Both the position numbers and the translations under genes were made by a program. The notes under the pieces were generated by a model that ran no database searches, was not told where the DNA came from, and was given only the letters and a program-made list of their open reading frames with translations. Shown here in pieces: positions 17,104-27,900 of a DNA stretch of 34,087 nucleotides; within the stretch, counting starts at the first letter, position 1; each line of letters starts with the position of its first letter. The stretch lies in the sequence record DRR723986_5582; one strand, given 5' to 3'.

Positions 17104-17991
17104 GTGTCCGCCAACGAAACCACGCCCGAGCAGCCAGCCGACGCCCCCGGGACCCCGGCTGCCCACAACCCAGCTTCGAAAACACACCTCAACGGACCGC
17201 TCAAACCCCAGCAGGCTGAGATGCCCTTTGCCGTGGTAATGGGCCAGGCGGTCACCGAACTGCCCAAGGATCTGTACATCCCGCCGCAGGCGCTGGAAGT
17301 TTTCCTGGAGGCCTTTGAGGGCCCGCTGGACCTGCTGCTCTACCTGATTCGGCGGCAGAACCTGGACATCCTGGAAATCGACGTCTCGGAGATCACCGCC
17401 CAGTACATGCAGTACGTGGAACTGATGGATGCCATGCAGTTCGAGCTGGCGGCGGAGTACCTGCTGATGGCGGCGGTGCTGGCCGAGATCAAGTCACGCA
17501 TGCTGCTGCCCCGGTCCAGCGAGATCGAGGACGAGGAGGAAGATCCGCGCGCCCAGCTGATCCGCCGACTGCAGGAGTACGAACGCTTCAAGAAGGCGGC
17601 CGAGGATATTGAGGAAATGCCGCGGCTGGAGCGCGACACCTGGGTGGGCAGCGCCAACCCGCCGGACCTGAACCGCAGCCGGCCCGACCCGGATGTCGAT
17701 ATGCGCGAATTACTGTTAGCACTGGGTGAGGTGCTGCGGCGCGCGGACATGTTCGAAAGCCACCACATCCAGCGCGAGGCCCTGTCGACCCGGGAGCGTA
17801 TGTCACAGATTCTCGACAACCTGTCGGGCAAGCAGTTTGTGCCCTTCGTGGCCCTGTTCTCCGCCTCCGAGGGTCGTCTGGGGGTTGTAGTCACCTTCCT
17901 CGCGGTAATGGAACTGATCAAGGAATCCCTGGTGGAGATTGTGCAAACAGAGGGCTTCGGGCCCATCCATGTGAAGGCAAGGTCAGAGTAA
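17104..17991 (+). CDS. scpA: Segregation and condensation protein A (kleisin)
   Basis: FEGPLDLLLYLI, AAEYLLMAA.LAEIKSRMLLP, DPRAQL and VVTFLAVMEL. Start uncertain (GTG 17104 or ATG 17221). Confidence 0.9.
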   Translation: MSANETTPEQPADAPGTPAAHNPASKTHLNGPLKPQQAEMPFAVVMGQAVTELPKDLYIPPQALEVFLEAFEGPLDLLLYLIRRQNLDILEIDVSEITAQYMQYVELMDAMQFELAAEYLLMAAVLAEIKSRMLLPRSSEIEDEEEDPRAQLIRRLQEYERFKKAAEDIEEMPRLERDTWVGSANPPDLNRSRPDPDVDMRELLLALGEVLRRADMFESHHIQREALSTRERMSQILDNLSGKQFVPFVALFSASEGRLGVVVTFLAVMELIKESLVEIVQTEGFGPIHVKARSE

Positions 17992-17994
17992 GTT

Positions 17995-18765
17995 ATGTCG
18001 GATACGGGACTGGTAGAGATCATCGAAGGCGCGCTGCTGGCCGCGGGGAAGGCCCTGACCGTTGGTCAGCTGGGCGATCTCTTCGAAGAGCATGAACGGC
18101 CGGATAACACGGATATTCGCGAGGCGCTGAAACAGGTCGCGGAGCGCTGTGATGGCCGTGGTTTCGAGTTGCAGGAAGTGGCCAGCGGGTTTCGTTTCCA
18201 GGTGCGCCAGAATCTCAGCCCCTGGGTCGCCCGGCTGTGGCAGGAGCGCCCGCAGAAGTACTCGCGCGCACTGCTGGAGACCCTGTCGCTGATCGCCTAC
18301 CGCCAGCCGATCACTCGCGGCGAGATCGAAGAGATCCGCGGCGTCGCGGTCAGCTCGAATATCATCAAGACCCTGCACGAACGTGAGTGGATTCGTGTGG
18401 TGGGTCACCGCGATGTGCCCGGACGTCCGGCCATGTACGCCACGACGCGCCAGTTCCTGGATTATTTCAACCTCAAAAGCCTCGACCAGCTGCCGGCCCT
18501 GGCGGAAATTCGCGACTTCGAGACCCTGAACGTGGAACTCGGTTTCAGTGAACCGCTGCCGGAGGGTGAGTCTGCGGCGCCGGGCCTGACCGTAGTCGGT
18601 GGGACCGAACACCGACCGGCCGACGATGCCGATGCTGAGCCTGGCCAAGAGCCTGAGGCCTCTGTGAGCGAGGCCGAGTCGGACGCCGTGGCAGCGGCGG
18701 ATGAAGCTGAAGCAGCTCCGGCAACAGGCGAGGACAGCGGCGCTGAGCCCGAAGTTCGAGCCTGA
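17995..18765 (+). CDS. scpB: Segregation and condensation protein B
   Basis: SRALLETLSLIAYRQPITRGEIEEIRGV, PGRPAMYATT..FLDYFNL; acidic low-complexity tail. Confidence 0.95.
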   Translation: MSDTGLVEIIEGALLAAGKALTVGQLGDLFEEHERPDNTDIREALKQVAERCDGRGFELQEVASGFRFQVRQNLSPWVARLWQERPQKYSRALLETLSLIAYRQPITRGEIEEIRGVAVSSNIIKTLHEREWIRVVGHRDVPGRPAMYATTRQFLDYFNLKSLDQLPALAEIRDFETLNVELGFSEPLPEGESAAPGLTVVGGTEHRPADDADAEPGQEPEASVSEAESDAVAAADEAEAAPATGEDSGAEPEVRA

Positions 18766-18780
18766 TCCGCGAAACCTGAT

Positions 18781-19758
18781 ATGACCCCCAAATCCGCCCC
18801 GGAAGTCATCGCCGACCCCGACTCATCGGATGCCGGCCAACCGGCTGACGGCGAAAAACTGCAGAAAGTGCTGGCCCGAACCGGGCTCGGCTCGCGGCGT
18901 GAAATGGAGCGCTGGATCGAGGAAGGACGGGTAACCGTTGACGGCAAACCCGCCCGGCTCGGTGACCGGGTTGACCGCAAGGCGCGCATTGCCATCGACG
19001 GCAAGGCGCTGGATGCGGCGCCCGCAGGCGAAACCCGCTGCATTCTCTATCACAAGCCCACCGGCGAAGTATGCTCGCGCAAGGATCCCCAGGGTCGGCG
19101 CACCGTTTTCGAGCGCCTGCCCAAGCTCAAGGCTGGTCGCTGGATTTCCATCGGCCGCCTCGATTACAACACCTCGGGTCTGCTCTTGTTCACCACCGAT
19201 GGTGAGCTGGCCAATGTCCTGATGCACCCCTCGGCGAATATCGAGCGCGAGTACATGGTGCGGGTCATGGGGAATGTACAGGAAGACATGCTGCAGCGGA
19301 TGACCGAAGGGGTCATGCTGGAAGATGGCATGGCCCGCTTCACCGATATCCAGGACGGTGGTGGCGATGGTATCAACCACTGGTTCTACGTGGTGCTCAT
19401 GGAGGGGCGTAATCGCGAGGTGCGCCGACTCTGGGAATCGCAGGGGCTGACCGTATCCCGGTTGAAGCGGGTGCGCTACGGCGAGGTATTCATCCCGTCC
19501 CGGGTCAAGCAGGGCCAGTGGGTGGAGCTGGAGCCCAAGGAGGTCAAGAGTCTCTATCGCATGGCCGCGCTGCCCGGTAAGAAGCTCAAGCGCAATACTG
19601 CAAAAGAGCGTGAGCAGATGGAGCGACAGCTGGCCAAGCGCAAGCAGCGCGGTCCTGGCAAGCGCGCCGCCGCTGGTCGCCCGGCAAAACCCGAGAAGAA
19701 GAAAAACGAGGACAAGACTGCCAGGCGCGGCAAGTCGAAATCCGGCAAGAAAAAGTAA
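18781..19758 (+). CDS. rluB: 23S rRNA pseudouridine synthase B
   Basis: S4 domain EKLQKVLA..GLGSRR, GRLDYNTSGL and EGRNREVRRLWES; basic tail; follows scpB. Confidence 0.93.
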   Translation: MTPKSAPEVIADPDSSDAGQPADGEKLQKVLARTGLGSRREMERWIEEGRVTVDGKPARLGDRVDRKARIAIDGKALDAAPAGETRCILYHKPTGEVCSRKDPQGRRTVFERLPKLKAGRWISIGRLDYNTSGLLLFTTDGELANVLMHPSANIEREYMVRVMGNVQEDMLQRMTEGVMLEDGMARFTDIQDGGGDGINHWFYVVLMEGRNREVRRLWESQGLTVSRLKRVRYGEVFIPSRVKQGQWVELEPKEVKSLYRMAALPGKKLKRNTAKEREQMERQLAKRKQRGPGKRAAAGRPAKPEKKKNEDKTARRGKSKSGKKK

Positions 19759-19821
19759 GCGTTACGCGGTATGCGTGACCGCTCGCTGATCATGTGCTGC
19801 CGTACGGAGAGGTTCAAAGTT

Positions 19822-21444
19822 ATGCGCTGGTTCCTGCTGGCCTGTTCCATGCTGCTATCCACGACGGCGTTTGCCCAGGCGTCGGCACCCTCACCGCAGT
19901 TGGCCCAGATTCTCGACGACCCGGTACTGGCCGCCGCGGTTGAACTCGATGGCCGATTGCTGTTCCGGGTGCGCGGTACCGCCGCTGTTCCCGCGAAGGA
20001 GCGTGCGGCAATGATCCTGGCGAAGATCCGCGAGGTAGCGGATGACCCGTCGATTGACCTGGCGACCGGCCGGATGGTGCCTGTCGACAATGCCATCGCC
20101 ATCGAGTTCGGTGACGTGCGGGTCTTCAACCTCTTCGAAGTGGATGCCCAGCTCGATGCAGTACCGCTGGATATCGCCGCCACAGGCGCGTTGATGCGCA
20201 TGACTGATGCCATTGCCGACTATCGGCAGGCGCGGGAGCCCCAGCGGTTGCTCCGCAATACCTTGCTGCTGCTCGGCTTTTCCCTGCTCGCCGTAGCCTC
20301 CCTGTGGGCCTGCCTGCGCATTTTTGGCTGGCTTAACCGGATCGTCGAGGGTCACGTTAAAAGCCGTCTGGAGAAGCTCGAGAAGGCCTCGCACCGGATT
20401 ATTCATACGGGCCAGATATGGGCTTTCGTCGGCGGCCTGGTACGCGGTATCCGCCTGCTTGCAGTTATCGGCATCACCCTGGCGTGGCTCAATACCGCCT
20501 TGAGCCTGTACCCGTGGACCCGCCCCTTTGCCAGCGGCATCTTCCGGATGGCGCTGGATCCACTGCAGCGTCTGGGAACCGGTCTGGTCGAATCCTTGCC
20601 CAAGCTGCTGTTCCTGCTGGTGCTGTTTTTTATCGTGCGGATTCTGCTGCGGATGCTGCAGACGTTTTTCGAGCGGGTAAAACGGGGCTGGATCCAGCTG
20701 GAGAAATTCGATCCCGACTGGGCCATGCCTACCTACCGCATTGTCCGGGTAGTGGTTATCGCCTTCGCCCTCGTCGTGGCTTACCCCTATATCCCGGGTT
20801 CTGACTCCGAGGCATTCAAGGGCGTGGGCTTATTCATGGGTGTGGTGCTGTCGATTGGCTCGACCAGTTTTATCGCCAATATGATCGCTGGCTACAGCCT
20901 GACCTATCGCGGCGCCTACAAGGTTGGCGATCTGGTGCGGATCGGGGACCACACCGGCAAGGTTGAGGATGTGCGGGCGATGAGCACCCAGATTCGCTCG
21001 CTCAAGAACGAGGAGATCAACATTCCGAATTCGGTGGTCCTCGCCAGTTCGGTGATTAACTACAGTACGTATCAGCGGGGGGAGGGCCTGATCCTGCACA
21101 CCGAGGTCGGGATCGGCTACGACGTGCCCTGGCGCCAGGTGGAGGCGCTGCTGTGTCTGGCGGCAGAACGGACCGACGGACTGTTGGACGATCCGGCGCC
21201 GTTCGTCCTGCAGCAAGCGATGGGCGACTTTGCGGTGACCTACCAGCTAAACGCCCACTGCCGTGATGCGCACCGGATGAACAGCATCTACTCACAACTG
21301 CACGGTCATATCCAGGACGTGTTCAACGAGCAGGGCGTGCAAATCATGTCGCCGCATTACGAGGGTGATCCCGCTGAGGCCAAAATCGTGCCGCCGGAGC
21401 ACTGGTTCACCGCCCCGGCAAAGCCACCCTCGGCAGATGCCTGA
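19822..21444 (+). CDS. MscS-family mechanosensitive channel with N-terminal periplasmic domain
   Basis: ATG at 19822 after GGAGAGG; signal peptide ending AFA, TM helices, YKVGDLVRIG, IPNS and VGIGYDVPWRQV. Confidence 0.88.
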   Translation: MRWFLLACSMLLSTTAFAQASAPSPQLAQILDDPVLAAAVELDGRLLFRVRGTAAVPAKERAAMILAKIREVADDPSIDLATGRMVPVDNAIAIEFGDVRVFNLFEVDAQLDAVPLDIAATGALMRMTDAIADYRQAREPQRLLRNTLLLLGFSLLAVASLWACLRIFGWLNRIVEGHVKSRLEKLEKASHRIIHTGQIWAFVGGLVRGIRLLAVIGITLAWLNTALSLYPWTRPFASGIFRMALDPLQRLGTGLVESLPKLLFLLVLFFIVRILLRMLQTFFERVKRGWIQLEKFDPDWAMPTYRIVRVVVIAFALVVAYPYIPGSDSEAFKGVGLFMGVVLSIGSTSFIANMIAGYSLTYRGAYKVGDLVRIGDHTGKVEDVRAMSTQIRSLKNEEINIPNSVVLASSVINYSTYQRGEGLILHTEVGIGYDVPWRQVEALLCLAAERTDGLLDDPAPFVLQQAMGDFAVTYQLNAHCRDAHRMNSIYSQLHGHIQDVFNEQGVQIMSPHYEGDPAEAKIVPPEHWFTAPAKPPSADA

Positions 21445-21450
21445 CTATAA

Positions 21451-22200
21451 CTACTGCGCGCTCAGGGCCTGGCCGTTGATGCCGATACTGTCATCGCCCA
21501 TCAGGAACAGGTAGGCGGCCATGATGTCCCCGGGGGACCGATTGTCCGAGGGGGTTTCCGCGGGGTAGGCGCTGCGGCGCATGGCGGTGTTGGTTGCCCC
21601 GGGATTGATGCTGTTCACCCGGATGCGGGAGGTGTTTTCCAGCTCATCAGCCAGGACCTGCATAAAGCCCTCGGTGGCGAACTTGGAGACGGCATAGGCG
21701 CCCCAGTAGGCTTTCCCTTTGCGGCCGACGCTGGAACTGGTAAAGACCACCGATGCCGTTTCTGCTGCCTGCAGCAGGGGTAGCAGTGACCGGGTCAGCA
21801 GGAACTGGGCGTTGACGTTTACCTGCATGACCTCCTGCCAGGCGCTGTAGCCAGCACTTTCAATCGGTCGCCGCTCGCCCAGCAGGGCGGCGTTGTGCAG
21901 CAGGCCGTCAAGGCGGCCGAAATTCTCCGCCAGGGTGTCGGCGAGTTTGTTGCTCTGCGCCTCACTCAGGCTGGCCAGGTCTGCCGGCAGGATGGCGGCC
22001 TGAGGCCAGCCCTGCTGCTCAATCTCATCGTAGACCGATTCCAGCTTGTGCTCGTTGCGTCCCAGCAGCAGGACGGTGGCACCGTGTTGCGCGAAGCTGA
22101 GCGCGGCGGCGCGGCCGATGCCGTCGCCGGCACCGGTTACCAGGATGACCTTGTTGGCCAGCAGCGTGTCCCTCGCCACATACTCACTGGGGTTGTGCAT
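21451..22200 (-). CDS. yciK: YciK-family short-chain dehydrogenase
   Basis: Start MHNPSEY; TGAGDGIG, LHNA, SSSVG, YAVSK and NPGATNTAMR. Confidence 0.9.
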   Translation of the reverse strand: MHNPSEYVARDTLLANKVILVTGAGDGIGRAAALSFAQHGATVLLLGRNEHKLESVYDEIEQQGWPQAAILPADLASLSEAQSNKLADTLAENFGRLDGLLHNAALLGERRPIESAGYSAWQEVMQVNVNAQFLLTRSLLPLLQAAETASVVFTSSSVGRKGKAYWGAYAVSKFATEGFMQVLADELENTSRIRVNSINPGATNTAMRRSAYPAETPSDNRSPGDIMAAYLFLMGDDSIGINGQALSAQ

Positions 22201-22213
22201 GGCTATCTCCCGT

Positions 22214-22888
22214 TCAGCTGCCAAAGATGAGTTGCTGCAGGTCGGTGCTCCGATCTGCCCTGACGCTGGCGCCCCAGCTGCCCGGGTCATCGCCCGGCTC
22301 GATATAGCCATAGGCGGCGGCGATGGTGTACATGCCGGCCCGCCGGCCCGCTTCGATATCCCGCAGGTGGTCACCGATGTAAATTGTACGTCCCGGTGAA
22401 CAGGCGAGCTCTCGGCAGTTGAGGAACAGGGATTCCGGGTGCGGCTTGCGCTCGGTGACGTCGTCAGGGCAGACCACACTGCCGGGGCGTGGTGCCAGTT
22501 GCAGGCACTCGAGCAGGGGTTCGGTATAGGCTCGCGGCTTGTTGGTTGCAATCCCCCAGGCAATGTTGCGGTTGCCGAACTCGGTCAACAGGTCCTCGAT
22601 CCCGGGGTAGGGGCGTGCGGCGCTGCCCAGTACCTCGCTGTACAGTTCAAGCAGGCGCAAGCGCTTGCTTTCGAAGTCCGGGTGTTCCTCGGCCAGGCCC
22701 AGCCCGAGGCTGACCAGCGCTCGGGCGCCGTTGGACACGGTCATGCGAATGCGCTCGGCGGCCATCGGAGCCAGTCCGTGTTCGGCCCGCAGGGCCTGTA
22801 CCACAAGCACGAATTCATCGGCGGTATCGATCAGGGTGCCATCCAGGTCGAAGATGACCGCCTGCAGCTGGGCGGGTGGCTGGCTCAT
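22214..22888 (-). CDS. mupP: HAD-IA phosphatase, probably N-acetylmuramic acid 6-phosphate phosphatase (Gph-like)
   Basis: [19 protein letters not shown] and IGDHLRD; position between ubiG and yciK matches Pseudomonas mupP. Confidence 0.75.
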   Translation of the reverse strand: MSQPPAQLQAVIFDLDGTLIDTADEFVLVVQALRAEHGLAPMAAERIRMTVSNGARALVSLGLGLAEEHPDFESKRLRLLELYSEVLGSAARPYPGIEDLLTEFGNRNIAWGIATNKPRAYTEPLLECLQLAPRPGSVVCPDDVTERKPHPESLFLNCRELACSPGRTIYIGDHLRDIEAGRRAGMYTIAAAYGYIEPGDDPGSWGASVRADRSTDLQQLIFGS

Positions 22889-23595
22889 GCCGGTCTCGAT
22901 GCCCGCACCAGGTAGTTCACCGAAACGTCCTTCGGGTTCAGGCGATAGCGCCGGGTGAGGGGGTTGTAGGTCATCCCGGTCATGCCTTCCAGGACCAGCC
23001 CGGCGGACCTGATCCAGGCCGCCAGTTCCGAGGGCCGGATGAACTTGGTGTATTCGTGGGTGCCGGTCGGTAGCAGGCGCAGGATATGTTCCGCGCCAAC
23101 GATCGCAAAAGCGAAGGCCTTGGGATTGCGGTTGATGGTGGAGAAGTACAGTGCGCCGCCGGGGACGACCAGCTCGCCGCAGGCCTGGATTACTGCCGCG
23201 GGATCCGGGACGTGCTCCAGCATTTCCAGGCAACAGACCACGTCATAGCTGGCAGGTGCTTGTGCCGCCAGTTCTTCGGCCGTGGTCTGGTGGTAGCTGA
23301 CCTCGGCCCCGGATTCCAGCTGGTGGATGCGCGCCACTGACAGCGGCGCCTCGCCCATGTCGATGCCGGTGACGGTGGCACCACGGTGGGCCATCGACTC
23401 CGCGAGGATGCCGCCGCCGCAGCCGACGTCCAGCAGGCGTTTGCCGGCGACCGGCGAGTGCTCGTCAATCCAGTTGGCGCGCAAGGGATTGATATCGTGC
23501 AGTGGCTTGAACTCGCCGCCGCGGTCCCACCAGCGCGAGGCGAGCGCCTCGAACTTGGCAATCTCCGCGGGATCAACATTGGGTTTATCGGTCAC
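22885..23595 (-). CDS. ubiG: Ubiquinone biosynthesis O-methyltransferase
   Basis: [35 protein letters not shown] and EMLEHVPDP. Confidence 0.96.
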   Translation of the reverse strand: MTDKPNVDPAEIAKFEALASRWWDRGGEFKPLHDINPLRANWIDEHSPVAGKRLLDVGCGGGILAESMAHRGATVTGIDMGEAPLSVARIHQLESGAEVSYHQTTAEELAAQAPASYDVVCCLEMLEHVPDPAAVIQACGELVVPGGALYFSTINRNPKAFAFAIVGAEHILRLLPTGTHEYTKFIRPSELAAWIRSAGLVLEGMTGMTYNPLTRRYRLNPKDVSVNYLVRASRPA

Positions 23596-24941
23596 AGTGC
23601 CTCACCAGTTTTTGCTATTTTCTGTTGCCATTGCCGTGTTCGCCGTCCCAGCTCCCGGATGTCGATCCCCGGCAGTTCCCGGTCCACCAGTACCGCGCGT
23701 CCGGCGACCCAGCTGTGGCTCACCTGACTGCCGTTGCAGGCGTAAACCAGCTGCGACAGGGGGTTGTACAGGGGCTGTGTTTCGGGCTGGCCCAGGTCGA
23801 CCGCGATCAGGTCGGCCTGTTTGCCGGCAACGAGGCTGCCGGTAATGTCATCAATGCCCAGCGCCCGGGCCCCCCCGATCGTTGCCAGGCTGAGGGCACG
23901 TGCGGCCGGCAGGCTGGTGGCGTCCTGGCTGCTCAGCTTGGCCAGCAGGGCGGCGGCCTGCATCTCCCCGAACAGGTTCAGGTCATTGTTGCTGGCGGCG
24001 CTGTCAGTTCCCAGGGCGACGTTGACCCCCGCGGCGAGCAGTCGGGTCACCGGGCATGCCCCGGAGGCGAGTTTCATATTGGACTGGGGGCAGTGGACGA
24101 CGTGAGCGCCGGTCGCCGCCAGCAGGGCGATATCCTGGTCACCCAGGTCGGTCATGTGCACGCATTGGGTGCGCGGCCCGAGCAAACCAAGCCGATGCAG
24201 GCTATCCAGTGGCCGTTCGCCGTTGAGCTCCACCGCCTGCAGCACCTCACCCCGGGTCTCATGGAGGTGGATGTGCACCGCGAGGTCCAGTTCGGCCGCC
24301 AGGGTCGCAATCTTTACCAGGTTGGGTTCGGATACCGTATAGGGCGCGTGGGGCCCGAAAACGACCGAAACCAGCTCGCTGTGCTTGTAGTCGTCCCGCA
24401 GGGCCAGGCCCTTGCTGATGTACTCGTCGGCGTCCCGGGCCCAGACCGTGGGGAAATCAAAAATCGGGAAGCTGATCTGGCAGCGGATCCCGATATCCCG
24501 CGCGAGCCCGGCGACCACGTCGGGAAAAAAGTACATGTCACTGAAGGTCGTGGTGCCGGAGCGCAGCATCTCGGCGATGGCCAGTTCGGTGCCGTCGCGG
24601 ACAAAGGCCTCGCTGACATGGGCTGCTTCGGCGGGCCAGATGTGCTGCTCCAGCCAGGGCATCAGGGACTGGTCATCGGCATAGCCCCGCAGCAGGCTCA
24701 TGCCCGCGTGCCCGTGGCTGTTGACCAGGCCCGGCAGCAGCGCGTGTTCGGGCAGGTCGAGCACTTGCGAGGCGGCGATGGCGGAGGTTTCGGCGCGTGG
24801 CAGGATCGCGCTGATCCGGCCATCGGTGACGGCGACACTGTGCCCTTCGAGTACCAGGCCCTCCGGTTCGACCGGGATCACCCAGCCCGCGTGGATGAGC
24901 AGGTCAGCCGAGGCAGGAATGGATTGTCGGGTTTCGTTCAT
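23592..24941 (-). CDS. mtaD: TRZ/ATZ amidohydrolase, probably 5-methylthioadenosine/S-adenosylhomocysteine deaminase
   Basis: Start [38 protein letters not shown] and GTDSAASNN; conserved position upstream of ubiG. Confidence 0.8.
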   Translation of the reverse strand: MNETRQSIPASADLLIHAGWVIPVEPEGLVLEGHSVAVTDGRISAILPRAETSAIAASQVLDLPEHALLPGLVNSHGHAGMSLLRGYADDQSLMPWLEQHIWPAEAAHVSEAFVRDGTELAIAEMLRSGTTTFSDMYFFPDVVAGLARDIGIRCQISFPIFDFPTVWARDADEYISKGLALRDDYKHSELVSVVFGPHAPYTVSEPNLVKIATLAAELDLAVHIHLHETRGEVLQAVELNGERPLDSLHRLGLLGPRTQCVHMTDLGDQDIALLAATGAHVVHCPQSNMKLASGACPVTRLLAAGVNVALGTDSAASNNDLNLFGEMQAAALLAKLSSQDATSLPAARALSLATIGGARALGIDDITGSLVAGKQADLIAVDLGQPETQPLYNPLSQLVYACNGSQVSHSWVAGRAVLVDRELPGIDIRELGRRTRQWQQKIAKTGEAL

Positions 24942-25069
24942 AGTACGCCGCAAGCTGCTCAAAAATTGCCCAGTCGGCCGCCGTTTCCGGTGCGGATGGG
25001 ACGTCGCGCGGAAGTATAACCGCAATTTGCCCCGCCCCGCCCCGGAGGTGGCTTAACACCGTAAAAACA

Positions 25070-25098
25070 TGGCGATGCGGCGCCCGCTCCCGTATAAT
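25070..25098 (+). promoter_or_regulatory. Putative sigma70 promoter of gyrA
   Basis: TATAAT at 25093-25098 with weak -35 TGGCGA at 17-bp spacing. A divergent TATACT (minus strand, 25013-25018) could serve mtaD. Confidence 0.5.
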
Positions 25099-25217
25099 TT
25101 GGGGTTTGTGCCAGGGGGGTCAAAAGGCCGTTCAGAAGCCGTCCCCGGGGCTGAAACCGCCGGGGTTCGCGCCATAAGAATCAAACCCCGGCAAGGGAGT
25201 CAAGGAAACCATTCCGC

Positions 25218-27782
25218 ATGGGTGAAATCGCCAAAGAAATCCTGCCCGTCAACATCGAGGACGAGCTGAAGCAGTCCTATCTCGATTACGCCATGAGCGT
25301 GATTGTCGGCCGTGCACTGCCCGATGTGCGCGACGGCCTTAAACCGGTTCACCGGCGGGTGCTGTTCGCCATGAACGAGCTCAACAACGACTGGAACAAG
25401 GCCTACAAGAAATCGGCCCGGGTGGTCGGTGATGTGATCGGTAAGTATCACCCGCACGGGGATTCTGCGGTGTACGACACCATCGTACGTATGGCCCAGC
25501 CCTTTTCCATGCGGTACATGCTGGTGGACGGGCAGGGCAACTTCGGCTCGATCGATGGCGATTCCGCCGCCGCCATGCGTTATACCGAAATCCGCATGCA
25601 GAAGATCTCCCACGCGATGCTGGCGGATCTCGACAAGGAAACGGTGGACTTCGTCGACAACTACGACGGCACCGAGCAGATCCCGGCGGTCATGCCTACC
25701 CGGGTACCCAACCTGCTGGTTAACGGCTCTTCCGGCATTGCCGTGGGTATGGCGACCAATATTCCTCCCCACAACCTGACCGAGGTGGTGAGCGGCTGCC
25801 TGGCGCTGATGGCCAGGCCGGAAATTACCATTGATGAATTGATGGAGCATATCCCGGGCCCCGATTTCCCCACCGCGGCGATCATCAATGGTCGCGCGGG
25901 CATCATCCAGGCCTATCGCACCGGACGCGGGCGTATTTACGTGCGGGCGCGGGCCGAGGTGATCAGCGATGAGAAAAAGGGCAAGGACACCATCATCATC
26001 CACGAGCTGCCCTACCAGCTGAACAAGGCGCGGCTGATCGAGCGCATCGCCGAACTGGTAAAGGAAAAGAAAATCGAGGGCATTACCGAGCTGCGGGACG
26101 AGTCCGACAAGGACGGCCTGCGGGTGGTGATCGAGCTGCGCCGGGGCGAAATCGGCGATGTGGTGCTGAACAACCTGTACGCCCAGACCCAGCTGCAATC
26201 CGTGTTCGGGATCAATATGGTCGCCCTGGTGGACGGCCAGCCCAAGGTGCTCAACCTCAAGGAAATTCTCGAGGCCTTCATACGCCACCGTCGCGAAGTA
26301 GTGACCCGGCGCACGGTCTACCTGCTGCGTAAGGCGCGCGAGCGGGGCCACCTGCTGGAGGGTCTGGCGATTGCCCTGGCGAACATCGACCCGGTCATCG
26401 AATTGATCAAGTCGTCACCCTCGGCCACGGAAGCCCGTGAGAAGCTGATTGCGCGCCCCTGGCTGCCCGGGGAAGTGATTGCGATGCTCGAGCGCGCCGG
26501 CGAGGATGCCTGCAAGCCCGATGACCTCGAACCCCAGTTCGGCCTGCACGATGGCCACTACCACCTGTCACCGGCCCAGGCCCAGGCGATTCTCGATCTG
26601 CGGCTGCACCGGCTGACCGGCCTGGAGCACGAAAAGCTGCTCAATGAATACCAGGAAAAGCTCGGTGAGATCGCTGATTACCTCGAGATCCTGAGTGATG
26701 CCGACCGGCTCAAGCTGGTTATTCGCGAAGAACTGGAAGAGATCGCCACTGAATACGGCGACGAGCGCCGGACCGAGATCAGCGCCTCCCAGCACGACCT
26801 GACGGTAGAGGACCTGATCACCGAGGAAGACAGGGTGGTCACCATCTCCCACGGCGGCTACGCCAAGACCCAGCCCCTGTCCGACTACCAGGCGCAGCGT
26901 CGGGGCGGTATGGGCAAGTCCGCCACCGCGGTCAAGGACGAGGACTTTGTCGAGCACCTGCTGATCGCCAGCACCCATGCCACCATTCTTTGCTTCTCGA
27001 ACATGGGCAAGGTGTATTGGCTCAAGGTCTTCCAGATTCCGCTCGCCGGACGCAACTCCCGCGGCCGGCCGATGGTCAACCTGCTGCCGCTGGAGGAGGG
27101 TGAACGCGTCACCTCCATCCTGCCGGTAGAGGGCTATACCGAGGGCCACTTCATTTTCATGGCCACCGCTAACGGTACGGTCAAGAAAACCGAGCTGACC
27201 GCATTTGCCCGCCAGCGCAGTGTGGGCCTTCGCGCCCTGGAACTGGATGAGGGCGATGTGCTGGTTGGCACCGCGATCACCGACGGCAACTGCGATGTCA
27301 TGCTGTTCAGCAGCGAGGGCAAGGCAGTCCGTTTCCGGGAAGAAGACGTAAGAGCCATGGGGCGTACAGCGCGCGGGGTTCGTGGCATCAAGCTCGGTGC
27401 GGGCCACCAGATGATCTCGCTGATCATTCCGCAGGACAGTGGGCGGGTACTGACAGTGAGCGAGCACGGCTATGGCAAGCGCACCGAGGTCGGTGAATTC
27501 CCGACCAAGGGGCGTGGCACGATGGGTGTTATCGCCATGCAGACCAGTGAACGTAACGGCAAGCTGGTGGGTGCGGTGCAGGTGTTTGAAGGCGATCAGC
27601 TGATGCTTATCTCCAACCAGGGCACCCTGGTGCGGACCCGGGCGGAAGAGGTATCCATCCTGGGGCGGAATACACAGGGTGTGCGGGTGATCCGCTGCAA
27701 GACCGATGAACGACTGGTGAGCGTGGAACGTATCGAAGAGCCGGAAGAAGAGCTGCCGGCGGACGAGGAAGACCCCGCATAG
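25218..27782 (+). CDS. gyrA: DNA gyrase subunit A
   Basis: [43 protein letters not shown], active site AAMRYTE, GyrA-box variant QRRGGMG and acidic tail. Confidence 0.98.
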   Translation: MGEIAKEILPVNIEDELKQSYLDYAMSVIVGRALPDVRDGLKPVHRRVLFAMNELNNDWNKAYKKSARVVGDVIGKYHPHGDSAVYDTIVRMAQPFSMRYMLVDGQGNFGSIDGDSAAAMRYTEIRMQKISHAMLADLDKETVDFVDNYDGTEQIPAVMPTRVPNLLVNGSSGIAVGMATNIPPHNLTEVVSGCLALMARPEITIDELMEHIPGPDFPTAAIINGRAGIIQAYRTGRGRIYVRARAEVISDEKKGKDTIIIHELPYQLNKARLIERIAELVKEKKIEGITELRDESDKDGLRVVIELRRGEIGDVVLNNLYAQTQLQSVFGINMVALVDGQPKVLNLKEILEAFIRHRREVVTRRTVYLLRKARERGHLLEGLAIALANIDPVIELIKSSPSATEAREKLIARPWLPGEVIAMLERAGEDACKPDDLEPQFGLHDGHYHLSPAQAQAILDLRLHRLTGLEHEKLLNEYQEKLGEIADYLEILSDADRLKLVIREELEEIATEYGDERRTEISASQHDLTVEDLITEEDRVVTISHGGYAKTQPLSDYQAQRRGGMGKSATAVKDEDFVEHLLIASTHATILCFSNMGKVYWLKVFQIPLAGRNSRGRPMVNLLPLEEGERVTSILPVEGYTEGHFIFMATANGTVKKTELTAFARQRSVGLRALELDEGDVLVGTAITDGNCDVMLFSSEGKAVRFREEDVRAMGRTARGVRGIKLGAGHQMISLIIPQDSGRVLTVSEHGYGKRTEVGEFPTKGRGTMGVIAMQTSERNGKLVGAVQVFEGDQLMLISNQGTLVRTRAEEVSILGRNTQGVRVIRCKTDERLVSVERIEEPEEELPADEEDPA

Positions 27783-27790
27783 CGTGTGCG

Positions 27791-27826
27791 TCCCGGCCTC
27801 CCGCCTGGTACGGCGGGGAGCCGGGA
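27791..27826 (+). other. GC-rich intergenic hairpin after gyrA
   Basis: TCCCGGCCTCCCGCC / GGCGGGGAGCCGGGA, 15-bp stem with one mismatch and one G-U pair, 6-nt loop; no U-tract. Confidence 0.55.
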
Positions 27827-27900
27827 TTCGCGGTAGCGGCCCCGGACCGGGTGCTCCGTCGCCATAGCCATTTAACAGCAACTCCAAGGAAACACTGACC

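Noticed and set aside
18560-18765. Acidic ScpB tail (and basic RluB tail at about 19570-19758)
   Set aside because: Low-complexity tails are common in these families; no DNA-level tandem repeat.
21451-23233. ORF-track N-terminal extensions of yciK (to 22563) and mupP (to 23233), suggesting fusions or long overlaps
   Set aside because: Homology starts at internal ATGs (22200 and 22888) with normal operon spacing. The same applies to the extended calls for the MFP, crotonase, rluA, SnoaL-like gene, yciB and mtaD.
23625-25019. 464-aa plus-strand ORF
   Set aside because: Antisense shadow of mtaD.
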